A stretch of 64,000 nucleotides of DNA from the human T2T-CHM13v2.0 reference genome, Homo sapiens (GCF_009914755.1 NC_060943.1), one strand, 5' to 3'. Positions 30,555 through 51,160 are shown, counted from the first letter of the stretch. Numbers and translations are program-made. Notes: generated by a model from the letters alone, not told the origin.

Positions 30555-30879
30555 TTTTTTTTTTTTTTTTTTTTTTTGAGACGGAGTTTTTGCTCTTGTC
30601 CAGGCTGTAGTGCAGTGGCGCAATCTCGGCTCACTGCAACCTCCACCTCCCGGGTTCAAGTGATTCTCCTGCTTCAGCCTCCTGAGTAGCTGGGATTACA
30701 GGCTCCTGCCACCACACCTCACTAATTTCTGTATTTTAGTAGAGACGAGCTTTCACCATGTTGGCTAGGCTGGTCTCAACTCCTGACCTCAGGTGGTCTC
30801 AACTCCTGACCTCAGGTGATCCACCTGCCTCAGCCTCCTAAAGTGCTGGGATTACAGGCATGAGCCACTGCGCCTGGCC
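30555..30879 (-). mobile_element. Alu with an internal ~23-bp tandem duplication
   Basis: ggtctcaactcctgacctcaggt occurs twice. Confidence 0.9.
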
Positions 30880-31469
30880 TAAATGCATCAGCATTTTGAT
30901 AGTCTCAGCGCAAAGTAGGGCTGTATAAAGGGGTCATCATCCGTATCTGGGTGCAAACAACACGGTGTCGCATTTCCTTGGAAAACAGTAAATTTGAGTA
31001 GATGTGGAATGTTGTGTCAGAAGTCTTTTCTTTGAAACTCAGCACCTGGGTTGTAAATGGATACTTCTTCTTGGTGTCAAAATATTACATAAGCCCTCCA
31101 GGTGAAAGTGGGATATTTCAGTCTTTCTGATATTTCTTACTGATAGAATTTCAAACAGCAAATTTCTAATAACTGATTTTAGAGAACAAAGTTTCACAGT
31201 GTGTAAAAAAGCAACAACTCAAAAAAGTCATTAGAACTGCTTTGTTCTTTTTGTGGTGACTGTGCAGCTGTGTTTTTTTGTTTTTTGGGCTAGGGGGTTT
31301 GAAGTTTTAAACTTTTCTTTATTATTCTTGTGCTTACCCAATACAGCTGTTTAAAAATCATAGTTTATTATTCCTGTTTCATAAATGGAATGACCTTGAG
31401 CATATGTGGTGCCATAGTTTTTAATTTCTTTTATATTTATATACAATATGATTGATTTTTGTAGTTAGT

Positions 31470-33807
<2,338 letters not shown>

Positions 33808-34551
33808 CAGCACAACTGAGCTGAGCTGGTTTTGCAGAAGGGCTGATGAGGGTAAGTTGAAAATTGTTCTTACTGGTATAAATGCAACTGTTCTCAGTTT
33901 GTGCTCCTCTAGGGTTGCTTGCAATTATTAGCTTGATTATGGATTTCTCTTCAAGGTATTTTGGTTCCAGTATTGTTACTATGTGTTTCCATGAGTGAAC
34001 AGAGAGGTAGGGCTTCCTACTCTGCCATTTTACTGACATTTTCTATGATATATTACTTATTGAATCTTAAAATACAAATAAAGTAGTTCTGAATTGCTAA
34101 TTCAGACCCCTGTGGAAAACAGATTTATTAACTGAGTTATTTTTGTGTCATTCTTTTATATTTAGGCTTAGATTATATGTTCAAAATACTGTTTTCCAAA
34201 ATCACTTAGATGAGTTATTTTTATCTTTCAATATGGTTTTGTTATTCATTTGTAATACAGTTAAAAAGCAATCGTTTTTGTTACCTTAAAGTATAATGTT
34301 AGCTTTGGCGTTTTTGTAGATGCCCTTTATTAGGCTGAAAATTTTTCTTGAGCTTACTGAACTTCATTAAAAACAATCATGGTTAATGAATTTTGTCAAA
34401 TTCCTTTTCTGCATCTCATGAGATCATCTGATTTTCTGGCCTGCTAATATGTTGCATTAAATTAATTTACATTTGAATATCAATCTGGCATTTCTGGGAT
34501 ATGTTCTAACTTGATGTATTATCTTTTCATATATAGAGGTATACGTATGTA

Positions 34552-34584
<33 letters not shown>

Positions 34585-35179
34585 CACTGTATTCATTTTG
34601 CTAAAATTTTATTGAGGGTTTGTGTTAACTCTCTGCTCTGCAACCAGCCTGTGATAGCTGAGGGCCCAGAGTACCTTAAATGGATTTATCTTCACCCCTT
34701 TGCCCTGCCACTTGCCTTGGGGGGATGGTTGCCTCGGTCATCAGGGAGGCTACATGCACCTCAGTGATCCTGCCTTATCCCAGCCTTTGATATACTATGG
34801 TCTAATATTAGGTGAAGGCTTGGTGAAAGTCTGTGGATGGATTCATCACTGTGAATTCTGTAACTGAGACGTCTCAGAATTCTAATGTGGTCAATCAGTC
34901 CACACTCTGCTGTCAAATTTTGGTAAGATTTAATTATGATTTCTTTATACCTTCATGTGTGGCAGATTCTTTCTCTCATCACTCATCCAAGATTGAGAAA
35001 AATCATGGGTATCTTCTTTCTTAGCAAAGCTTATTATTTAGGTGTATCTGCATTCTTGGCTCTCTGAGGTATTTTTAAAAGGTATGATTTTGTAGTTATG
35101 TGGCTTGTGTTTTAAGAGAGAAGGATCAACCCTTGGAAGTTCTACATTCTAATATGAATGTATGAGAAAATGTATCTTG

Positions 35180-35900
35180 GTTTTTGTTTTGTTGGATTTT
35201 TGAGACAAGGTCTTACTCTGTTGCCCAGGCAGGAGTACAGTGGTGAGATCACGGTTCACTGCAGCATTGACCTCCCTAGGCTCAGGTGTTGCTCCCACCT
35301 CAGTCTTCTGAATAGCTTGGAGTATAGGTGAGTGCTACCATACCTGGTGAAGATTTGTATTTTTTGGTAGAGACAGGGTTTCACCGTGTGTTGCCTAGGC
35401 TGGGCTCAAGCAATCTACCTACCTCAGCATGCCAAAGTGCTAGGATTACAGGCATGAGCCGCCATGCCCAGCCAGAAAATTTTAAAAATAGATATTTGTA
35501 GAGTTATGCATCCAGGAGGATTTTTAGAAATGGGACTTCTAAGTCAAAGGGTAAATACATATATAATTTAACTATATCCTGCCAAATTCCCTAGTGTTTT
35601 TTCTTTTAATGAAGTTAAAAATAATTCCAAAGGAAGCTAGGCGTAGTGGCTCACACCTGTAATCCCAGCACTTGGGGAGGCCAAGGCAGGAGAATCACTT
35701 GCGTCCCACCTGAGCAACATAGCAAGACCCCATCTCTACAGAAAACTAAAGAATTAGCTGGACATGGTGGCACATGCTTCTTCTCCTAGCTACTTGGGAT
35801 GCTGAGGCAGGAGGATTGCTTGAGCCCAGGAGGTCAGGGCTGCAGTGAGCCAAGATTGTGCCTACTGCACCTCATCCTGGGCAACAGAACAGGGCCCTGT
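35180..35900. mobile_element. Two J-like Alus in opposite orientation (35180-35473 minus, 35636-35900 plus)
   Basis: Alu consensus segments. Confidence 0.8.
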
Positions 35901-35924
35901 CCCCCACCCCCACCCAGAAACAAG

Positions 35925-36920
35925 CCTGAGAATAAGAGGAGATAATTCCTACGTATGTAACTGACAAAAAAAAAAGGCTAATATCCAAAATACATTAAGA
36001 ACTCTTACACGTTAATTCCAGAAATTCAAACAATCCAATAGAAAAATTAAGAGGCTTGAGCAGGCTCTTCGCAAAACTGACTGTACTATGGATAATAAAC
36101 ATGAAAAATTGAAGTTTTTATCCTCATCAATAATCAGGCAAATGGAAATTAAATCTGCCACTACACATATATCAGAATGGCTAAATCCAAAAAGAGTTAC
36201 AATACGAGATGTTGAAGAGAATTTAGAGAAACTAGAGTTTGTGTATACTTTTAGTGTGTAAAGTAGAAATATGTTTTGAAAAACAGTTTGGCATTGTGTT
36301 CCAAATTTGAATGTAAGGATATACCCTTAAATGCGACCATATAACATCATTATTTGAAATAGCCCAGAATTAAGCAACTCAAATGTCTGTCTACAAGAAT
36401 ACATGAATAAACCATGCTATACTGGTTAAGTGTCAGAAATACTTGGGACCAGAAGTCATTTGGATTTCAGATTTCTTCAGATTTTGGAATATTTGCATTA
36501 TACTTCAGAAATTTAAAATGTTTCAGTGAGCATTTCCTTTGAGTGTCATATCTGTGCTCAAAAAGGTTTTTTGGAGCATTTTGGATTTCAGATTTTCAGA
36601 TTAGAGATATTCAACCTGTATTATGGAGTGCTTTTCGGTAAAAGGAAAAGAACTATATGTGTAACAGTATGGATGACTCATAAACATAATGTTGAATCAA
36701 AAAAGCTAGACATAAATGAATAGATGATTTCATTTATAAAGTTTAAAAACAGACAAAATTAACCTATACTGTTAGAAGTGAGAATAGTTTCCATTTGCGA
36801 AGAGGGGCAATGATTTAGATGTGTCATGTGTGCATCAAGGTGTAGAAATTAATGATGCATTATACCTTTGTAATTCTACTCTTTTGTGAATATATATTTC
36901 AATTAAATGTTTAAAAAATT
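35925..36920 (+). mobile_element. L1ME-like 3' fragments with a Tigger4-like insert (~36420-36620)
   Basis: aaacagtttggca, tgatttcatttataaagttt; atacttgggaccagaagt. Confidence 0.5.
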
Positions 36921-37070
36921 CAGATGTCATTTCCAGGTGTTTGAAAGAGATTAGCAAAATGAGTATAAAGAAAACATAACACTAAAAGCAACATTTAATG
37001 GGAAAAAAAGTAAAACTGATGAGTAAACCCAAGAGATAGGTTTTTTAGAAGTATAAAATTGGCTGGTCAT

Positions 37071-38830
<1,760 letters not shown>

Positions 38831-39078
38831 CTTATGTGTTTATTATCTGCTTAGCCCTTTAGAATGTGAGATACTTAAGGTCTAGGACATTTTTTGTATA
38901 GTTGACTGCTCTATCCTAAGTGTCTAGTACATTACCTCACAAAGATAAGGTCCTTCATAAATGTTTGCAGAGTGAATGAAAGCGTAAGCCAGAGATGAGG
39001 ACTTGAAGGGAAGCCACCTGGCCTACATGATTTTTACAGCTGGAGGAGCTAAAGATGTCTAAATTCAATAAGCCATTT

Positions 39079-39700
39079 GTGTTGGGGGTCCTCAAGACCA
39101 CCACCCTCACGCTCAGTGATGGAAGCACTCACAGGACTCAGAAGCTATTAAACCTACAGTTATGGTTTATTATAATAAAAGGGTACAGATTAGAATCTGC
39201 AAAGGGAAAAGATGAATGAAGTCTAGAAGAAACCAGGCTTCTCTCCCATGTAGTCACATGGACAGTGCTTAATTCTCCTAGTAAAAGTGTGTAGTATTCC
39301 TGCAAACTGTTGCCAACTAGGGAAGCTCACCTGAGCTTTGGTGTCCAGGATTTTTACTGAGGGTTAGTCCCGTAGGCATACAGCACCTGAATGACTTCAT
39401 ACACTTATGCCCAGCCCCTCAACAGTTCAAACTCATGCATTATTGCCAGAAGCCTCAGGCATACAAAAACAGGCCTTCAGCATAAATCATATTGTTAGCA
39501 TACACAATCTGGTCACACTAGTATAGTTTGGCTCAATAGCTCAACCATAGAAAAATATACACTTACCAGGGAAGATATTCCATAAGCTAAAAGGTCATCT
39601 CTCACAAACTGAGCCAAGTGTCAGTCCTGAAGACAGATCTTTCTCAAGAGAGTGCAGGGTTTGGGCAACCCAGGCCTGTTGAGTTAACCTTTCCGTACAT
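39079..39700. mobile_element. MER21C-type LTR
   Basis: tgtgttgggggtcctcaagaccacc, actcacaggactcagaag. Confidence 0.55.
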
Positions 39701-40011
39701 CATTTCATGACGATCTCATGGTCACGTTGGAGAATAAGAAGAACCTCAGGAGTTTAGGTTTGTGAGTCAGAGTAACCTGTATTCATATCCTGGCTCACAC
39801 TTTCTAATTGGTGATGTTGGGTTAATTAGTGTCTGAGCTTAGGTTTCCTCAACTAATATGATAGTAACAAAAACTGCTTTGATAATTATATGAACTTATC
39901 CTACCACTGTTTCTGGCACATGGGTACTAGGTAAACGGGATTTGTTATTATTTATGTCCACGTGGCATAATACTCTAGTGGCACTCACATGAACAACTTC
40001 ATCTTCTGCAG

Positions 40012-40074
40012 AGAGATGGCTAATGAATGGCGCTTGATGACAGATGAGTAATGCCTGTTGCTGAAAGATTGACG
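40012..40074 (+). other. ZNF559: ZNF559 63-nt 5' UTR cassette exon
   Basis: cttcatcttctgcag| acceptor; ACG|gtatga donor. Confidence 0.65.
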
Positions 40075-40765
40075 GTATGAGGCAAGACTCCCACTACTAC
40101 TTAATCAAGAGGAATTGAGATTGACTTACCCATAAGTTCAGACAGTGTCTCGAAGAGACTTTGGGAACAAGATATTCAGGCACATTTCACTGTTAGACTC
40201 ACAGGATGCTGGCCATTGGTCTTTCCCTTTGTGGTAAGTCCGTATTGATGGTCCTTCAAGACGCTGCTTTAACCAGTCTGTGAACAGCTTGTCTTGTGAT
40301 TAGGGTTTAGGGTCTAAGTGGCCCTGCTTTTGAGATACCTAGAAGAGGCTAAAGTAGATACGAATATTCTGTGGTCTAAATCCTGGGATTTGGGAAGGAG
40401 GAGTAAGTATGCAGGCTTTTGTGGAAGAAGTTCTGCTTAATCACATGATCAGTTTCGTTTTTGGCAAATAAGGAAAATGTTAACTTCTCTGGACTTTGTA
40501 TTCCTTATAAAATGGGATTGTTAAACTCTCTCTCTCCTGGTCATCAAAGCCTGAAGCATATTTTCTGGCTTCAGGTGAGACAGGCTGCTCAGGCATTTTA
40601 TTATAACGTGTGTGTGTCCACTTAGCATTAGTATGAGGTGGCTTCTTGCCTTGTGAGTATGGAAGCTATCAGCAGCCTGGATTCTCAGGTTTTATTTCTT
40701 CTTCTTAAGATCATCTTTCTCAAGATGTTTTCTGTCTTCATGAGTCAAAATTTGAAGAGGAAAGG

Positions 40766-40798
40766 ATGGTGGCTGGGTGGTTGACAAATTACTCTCAG
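40766..40798 (+). CDS. ZNF559: ZNF559 first coding segment (MVAGWLTNYSQ); exon starts 40710
   Basis: polypyrimidine tract then taag| acceptor ending 40709; aggATGG Kozak; CAG|gtaagt donor. Confidence 0.9.
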
Positions 40799-41408
40799 GT
40801 AAGTAGGAAATTGCTTTTTCTGTAGAAGCATATGCTTCTTCCTACCATGTAGATGTGTTTTCTCCTAGTGGAACAGAGCCCCTGCAAGCAAAGAGGGTCT
40901 GCTTAGGGACCACATCTCTCATCAAACTTCTTCGGACCACAGGGCCTCTCACATGGTTGACAGGTTTCACAGGGAAATGATTGTACTATCCCACTGTTTA
41001 CTAATTCAGTCTGACTGTCATCCATGCTGATATGCTTTCATTTTGCTGTGATAGGGAGAGAATGCACATGTGCTTCTCGGAATTTGTGCTGTCACTGGAG
41101 CATTTATTTGAGTGTCTATAATGTATTCAGGGTTGTGCTAAAACCTGTCAGTAGAGAACAATAAGAAGAAGTCACAATCTAGTTGTGCTGAGATATATTC
41201 AGTTAGGTGAAAGAGGTGCTCTTCAAGCCATATGACTAGATGAGATCACCGGTGAATATGTACAGACAGGGGAGAAGAAAGTGAGGACCATCAAGTGATA
41301 GGAGACCAAAGAGTCTTGTCAAGGCATGCCAAGACAAGGTCCCTCATTCTCCAGTCAACATAGTGGAGAACGTACTTGCCTGACGCCAGCATGTGTGTGA
41401 TGGTTTAG

Positions 41409-41561
<153 letters not shown>

Positions 41562-41890
41562 TAGTTTTTTTCTGGAACAAATGTGTCTTAAGTAACTATG
41601 TTCTAGACTCTGCTTGTTAATGGGCTGCATTGGTAAACAGGCGAAACATTGTTTCCATCTCATAGACCTTACTGCCTTGTGATTTTTCTGATGAAATTGA
41701 AGATCTGTTCATTGTTCTAGCTTTGTTTTCTCCATGGATAAAAGACTTAGAGCTTCTTGAATATGTGTATGAGCTTAAGCCTGGGTTTCATGGGAAGGAT
41801 TGCTAGTCCTTTTGGTGAACAGTGAATGAGAAAAGAGTATTTGAAGTTTAGGTTCACTTGAAAGTTTTTGTCATGAACATTGTGTTGTAA

Positions 41891-42291
<401 letters not shown>

Positions 42292-42335
42292 ATCCCTTGC
42301 ACATTCTAACATCATTCATCTTTCCCTGAGACCAG

Positions 42336-42413
42336 GGTACTAGCTATGCAAACATAGTTTGACTTTTCAGGTGAAACAAGAAGAGTTAAAGACAGCGCAG
42401 AAAATTCTCCAAG
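42336..42413 (+). pseudogene. Inactivated KRAB-B pseudo-exon within a ZNF559 intron
   Basis: ccag|GG TAC TAG...: GY*LCKHSLTFQVKQEELKTAQKILQ; in-frame stop; donor position reads CAAG|atgag. Confidence 0.75.
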
Positions 42414-42664
42414 ATGAGAGAAAAGACAGATGTGATTATTTGTGAGAAACAGCCCTGATCTATGAGAGGTGCAGTCTGTTTATAAATATTAAGTAGGAAG
42501 GTTTTGAAAGTGTACTTTTTTGGGGAGAATATCAAGGCCAATTGGTTTCCAAGGTTCCTTGGGTACCTTAACTTCTCTTTCACTTTATCCATCTTGGAAA
42601 CTTTCTTTTGCTCTGACATTAAGATCTGTCTCACTTCTCCTTTAAATTTATGATTTGCATTTAG

Positions 42665-43080
<416 letters not shown>

Positions 43081-43311
43081 TAGAGAACCGTTTCTTAGTG
43101 AATCACCTACCAACTTGACCTCAGTACCTTACTGTTGCTAGACTCTTACTACATCCAAATTTCTCAATTTATGTTTCCCGTTCTTTAAAAAAACAAACTA
43201 TATTTCAAGCCAGTGTTTGAAACTACAGTACATACTAGTCTTGCATTTTTAACACCCTTTTTAAAATCATTATTTCTCTAAGAACTTAAAATTTTTTTCA
43301 TCTTATTTCAG

Positions 43312-43394
43312 ATTGGGAGAGTCATATTAATACCAAATGGTCAGCACCTCAGCAGAATTTTTTGCAGGGGAAAACATCCAGTGTGGTGGAAATG
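43312..43394 (+). CDS. ZNF559: ZNF559 spacer exon (83 nt)
   Basis: tttcag|AT TGG...ATG|gtaaga; [28 protein letters not shown]; phases fit the neighbouring exons. Confidence 0.9.
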
Positions 43395-43902
43395 GTAAGA
43401 TTCAGAAGGTATAATTTATTGTCTTCCATGTTAGAGGAAGATTGGAAATTCCTTAAAATGGAAAAGCAGCACAATAACCTTGAGACATTTGAGACTAGTG
43501 TTTTTCACCCAAAAATAATCTGTCTCTTGGAGAGACTATGGATCATGAGTTTGACAAACACTAAACATCCCTCAGAATATATTTGTTTACATATTTCCTT
43601 CAACATTCCCATATGTATCTCAGATGTTTTTGATAAATAATTCACTCTTGGGCCGTTATCAGCTAAGCTCTATTTAGAAGCCCTCTGAAAGTAAAGAATA
43701 TAACAGAACTTCCTGCAGTCACTTTGTTCCACTTGAAAACACTCAGGTCTGAACCATGCCTTGCAATGAAAATGGCAGGAACAAACAGTTTCAATTATAC
43801 TAACTTATTTTCCATGTGTAACAGAATTCAGAGTAAAAGGGAGAATCTCAATGAAATAAATTTGGAAAACTTCTATGAACCATCATTAATTTTCACCAAC
43901 AG

Positions 43903-45276
43903 GAGAGAAACCATTTTGGAGAGGAACTGTTTGACTTTAACCAATGTGAAAAAGCCTTGAGTGAACACTCATGCCTTAAGACTCACAGGAGAACTTACTT
44001 TAGAAAGAAAACCTGTGAGTGTAATCAATGTGAAAAAGCCTTCAGAAAACCCTCTATCTTTACTTTACACAAGAAAACTGATATCGGAGAGGAACTTCCT
44101 AACTGTAATCAATGTGAAACAGCCTTCAGCCAACATCTACATCTTGTTTGCAAGAAAACTAGCCAAAATCTACATCTTGTTTGCAAGAAAACTCACACTC
44201 AAGAGAAACCATATAAATGCAGTGACTGTGAAAAAGGCTTACCTTCCTCCTCACACCTCAGAGAATGTGTAAGAATTTATGGTGGAGAGAGACCATATAC
44301 TCATAAGGAGTATGTCGAAACCTTTTCTCATTCTACAGCCCTTTTTGTACACATGCAAACTCAAGATGGAGAAAAATTCTATGAATGTAAAGCATGTGGG
44401 AAACCCTTCACTGAGTCGTCATATCTTACTCAACATTTAAGAACTCATAGTAGAGTGTTACCTATAGAACATAAGAAATTTGGCAAAGCCTTTGCTTTTT
44501 CCCCAGATCTTGCTAAACATATAAGACTTAGAACTAGAGGAAAACACTATGTTTGTAATGAATGTGGCAAAGAATTTACTTGTTTCTCAAAACTCAACAT
44601 TCACATAAGGGTTCACACTGGAGAAAAACCGTATGAGTGCAACAAATGTGGGAAAGCCTTCACTGATTCATCAGGTCTTATAAAACACAGGCGAACTCAC
44701 ACTGGAGAAAAGCCTTATGAATGTAAGGAATGTGGGAAAGCTTTTGCTAACTCTTCACATCTTACTGTACATATGAGAACTCACACTGGTGAGAAGCCTT
44801 ATCAATGTAAGGAATGTGGAAAAGCCTTTATTAATTCCTCTTCCTTTAAAAGTCACATGCAGACTCATCCTGGTGTAAAACCCTATGACTGTCAACAGTG
44901 TGGGAAAGCCTTCATTCGATCCTCATTTCTTATTCGACATTTGAGAAGTCACAGTGCAGAAAGGCCTTTTGAATGTGAGGAATGTGGGAAAGCCTTTAGA
45001 TACTCCTCGCACCTTAGTCAACATAAAAGAATACATACAGGGGAGAGGCCATATAAATGTCAAAAGTGTGGGCAAGCCTTCAGTATCTCATCAGGCCTTA
45101 CAGTACACATGAGAACTCACACTGGTGAACGGCCCTTTGAATGTCAGGAATGTGGGAAAGCCTTTACTCGGTCCACATATCTTATTCGACATCTAAGAAG
45201 TCATAGTGTGGAGAAACCATATAAGGAATGTGGGCAAACCTTTAGTAATTCCTCATGCCTTACTGAATGTGTGTGA
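43903..45276 (+). CDS. ZNF559: ZNF559 C2H2 zinc-finger exon; spliced CDS 33+127+83+1374=1617 nt, 538 aa
   Basis: caacag|GAG AGA AAC; 9 canonical C2H2 fingers (8 contiguous) with TGEKPY-type linkers plus several degenerate ones. Confidence 0.96.
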   Translation, partial: ERNHFGEELFDFNQCEKALSEHSCLKTHRRTYFRKKTCECNQCEKAFRKPSIFTLHKKTDIGEELPNCNQCETAFSQHLHLVCKKTSQNLHLVCKKTHTQEKPYKCSDCEKGLPSSSHLRECVRIYGGERPYTHKEYVETFSHSTALFVHMQTQDGEKFYECKACGKPFTESSYLTQHLRTHSRVLPIEHKKFGKAFAFSPDLAKHIRLRTRGKHYVCNECGKEFTCFSKLNIHIRVHTGEKPYECNKCGKAFTDSSGLIKHRRTHTGEKPYECKECGKAFANSSHLTVHMRTHTGEKPYQCKECGKAFINSSSFKSHMQTHPGVKPYDCQQCGKAFIRSSFLIRHLRSHSAERPFECEECGKAFRYSSHLSQHKRIHTGERPYKCQKCGQAFSISSGLTVHMRTHTGERPFECQECGKAFTRSTYLIRHLRSHSVEKPYKECGQTFSNSSCLTECV

Positions 45277-45960
45277 ATTGGGGCTGATACTTGGAAAGAA
45301 TGTGGTAAAGCCACTACTTCCTCACACTTACTGAACATGTACTCATTCATAGTGGCAATGTACACAGTCATAAGGAATGTGGGAAGCCTTCCTTGGTGTC
45401 TCAGATCTTAACAATTCCAATAGAAGAGAAGACATATGAATGTAAGGAATGTGGGAAAATCTTGGCTCCTTCCATAGGCCTTACTATTCATGTGTCTGTG
45501 CATCCTAGGAAACAAACTGAACGTAGGAAACCTGTCGATGCTTACATCTTACTGAGTCTGTTTGAACTCATGCTGGAGAGAAATGCTATGAATGTGAGGA
45601 AGGTGGAAAAGCTTTCATTATTTTCCTCGGGCCTTACTGAGCTTGTGAGCACATTGGATATAAATGCACGTCCTCTGGCTGTAAGGAATGTGTTGAAACC
45701 TTTCGCTCTGCCTTATACCTTAATATTCAGCTGTGATCTCACAAGTGTGAAAAATCTTATGAATGTAAAATGTGTGGAGATTCTTCTTTGTTTTTAGCTT
45801 CCACTTTGGGAACATGTCAAAGCACACATTGAGAAGTCCCATGAGTGAAAGAGATGTTGGAAAGCCCTTGAACTTGGTCGTTAGGAAACATCCACACTGA
45901 AGAGGAACCTGACTGTATGGAAGGTCAAAAAGGCTGTATTAATTTACATGCAAAAAGTCA
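45277..45960 (+). pseudogene. Decayed zinc-finger repeats in the ZNF559 3' UTR
   Basis: gaatgtggtaaagcc, [10 protein letters not shown], tatgaatgtaaaatgtgtgga remnants with frameshifts and stops. Confidence 0.8.
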
Positions 45961-46028
45961 CACTAGAGGAATGCCATATCAGAATGCTTTTGGTAAATAT
46001 ACATGTTTTAAAGAGGTTATATATCATT

Positions 46029-46034
46029 AATAAA
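46029..46034 (+). terminator. Candidate ZNF559 polyadenylation signal
   Basis: AATAAA downstream of the stop codon, before the 3' Alus. Confidence 0.5.
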
Positions 46035-46168
46035 AATATCTAGCTGGTCTGAAGATCCTGAGTTATCTCAATTGTTCACGGTTACAGATGGAACTCTTTA
46101 TTATTGAGGAGTTCCACTCTTTCCCCCATTTGTCACTACTACACTTCCCTAGTCTTTAAAACAATTTT

Positions 46169-46870
<702 letters not shown>

Positions 46871-49352
46871 AATTGACGCCAGCAAAGAAAACCAAATAAA
46901 TTATTTAAGTTTGCCTTTCTATGTGTCTTTAAAGACTAATGATGTTGAACATCACTTTCATATGCTTATGAGTCTTTGGTGAAGTGTACATTTAATGATC
47001 TTTTTTCACTGTTGCTGAGAATCTTTGGTTTGAATTATTGAGGCAGGTTCTTTCAGTAAGTTTGAGATATAATTGCCATGTAATAAACTGCACATGTTTT
47101 TAGCATACACTTTAAGTTTGGACACATACACATATGTGTACATACACACCATCAAGATAATGAACATACCTATCAAACCAGATGGTTTCCTCATGCCCTT
47201 TTATAATTTCTTCTTCTCCTCACCCTTCTCTGCCTGTCACTCTCCTGATCCACTGATTTGCTTTCTCTTAGAATAGACGACTTTATATTATGTACAGTTT
47301 TTATATAAATGGAATCATATAGTCTGGCATCTTTCAGGATAATTTTTTCAGATCCATTTATGTTGTAGGGTCCATTTCACTGCTGAATAGTATTCCATTG
47401 CAAGGCATACCACAAGCTATTTATCCATGTGTTATTTCTACCTTTTGGCTATTGCAATTAAAACTGCCTTGAATACCCATATGCAGATTATTCTTTAAAC
47501 ATGTGCTTCTGTTTCTTTAAATAGTTAAGAGTGGAATGATCAGATCATATGTTAGTGTACGTTTAAGTTTTTAAGAGACTGCTAAACCTTTCTCAAGTAG
47601 TTATGCCATTTGACATTTCCATGAGCAGTATATAAGAGTTGCAATTCTTCTGCATCCTTGCCAATTATTGGTATGGTCAGTCTTTTTTATTTTGACCATT
47701 TTAATAGGTGTGTAGTAGTATCTCATGGTTTTAATTTGCATTTCCCTAGTGACTAATGATGTTTTACATGGTTTCACGTGCTTACTGGCCTTCTTTAAGC
47801 CTTTGGGGAAGAGTCTGTTCAAATCTTTTGCCTGTTTATATTGGCTTTATTTTTTATTTATTTTTATTTTTTTTTTATATAGAGACAGGGTTTTACTCTG
47901 TCTCCCAGGCTGAAGTGCGTGGCACGATCATGTGGTTTTGCAATATTTATTGAATTTTGAGAGTTTAAAATTTGTAATATATTTAATATTAAACCTATTA
48001 GTGTATTTGATATTAATACTTTATATTTAATATAATGTACATTTAAATATATAATAAAACATTTCATTTTAACAGAGGTAACATAAATACACTTCCCAAT
48101 TTATGGAGTTTGACTTAGTATTGTTTTTAATTTACAATGGTGCAAACATATTATGCATTCAATATGTTTCTCAATTTATGATGGGGTTACAAATTGTCAA
48201 CTTATGATAGTTTCAACTTACAATAGGTTTGTCAGGACATAGCCCTGTCATAAGTTGAGGAGTATCTGTATTACAATATATTTAATATGTTGTACTTGTG
48301 GTACAAGTACATGGTGCACTTTGAGTTAAAATCTTTATATGGCACAAAGATTGGATCAAAATTTGGGGTTTTTTTTTTCTTTGTATCTAATTGTTCTAGC
48401 ATCATTTATTGAAAAGACTATCCTTTCTCCACTTAATTGCCTTTGCTTCTTTCTTGAAATATTGGTTGTCTTTATACGTGTGTCTGCTTCTCAACTGTTC
48501 TGTTCCATATAGCTACTTATCTTTTATTCCAAGACTACCCTCTCTTGACAACTTCATAACTTTTGAAGTCCGATAGAGTTTAGTCTTCCAGCTTTTTCTT
48601 TTCAGAGTTGTCTTTACTATTTTAGGTCAGAGGTTGGCAAAGTTTTTTATAAAAGACCAGATTGTAGAGATTTTAAGCTTTACATGCTATATATAGTTTC
48701 TGTTGCATATTATTTTTTCTATTACAGACCTTTTAAAATATAAAAATAGTTCTCACATTCCATTCAACCTATACAGTTACAGGCTGTGAGCCACATTTGG
48801 TCTTGATGTGGCTGTACCTTGTTGACTTACAGCTGTTACAGGACTTTCGTATTTCCATATAAAGTTTAGAATCAGGTTGTCAATTTCTACCAGCACCACC
48901 CCACACCCCCAAAGTAATTCACTAAGATTTTGATTATCATTGTGTTGAATCTGCAGAATAATTGATGTCTTCACAATATTGAGCATTTCAACCCATGAAC
49001 ATAATATATCTCTCCACTTATTTAGGATTTATAATTTTTTTCTCAGTAGTATTTGTGTTTTTCGGTGTTTGGGTCTTCCTAGGCATTTTTTCTCTGACAC
49101 TATTGCAAATGGTATTTTAAAAATTTCAATTTCTCTGCTAGTTCACTACTACTATAGAGGAACACAGTTTTTTTACATATATTCATCTTGTATGCTGCAC
49201 CCTTGTTAATTTGTTCTGGAAGATTTATATTAACATTATACTTAGAATATATTAACATTATAATAAGCTACATAATTTTATTTTTTTATTTTTTAAATTA
49301 AAATAGAGATTGGGGTCTCACTATGTTGACCAGTCTTGAACTCCTGGCTTCA

Positions 49353-51160
<1,808 letters not shown>

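Noticed and set aside
45393-45797. Separate zinc-finger gene (134-aa ORF)
   Set aside because: Frameshifted relic of the ZNF559 array in its 3' UTR
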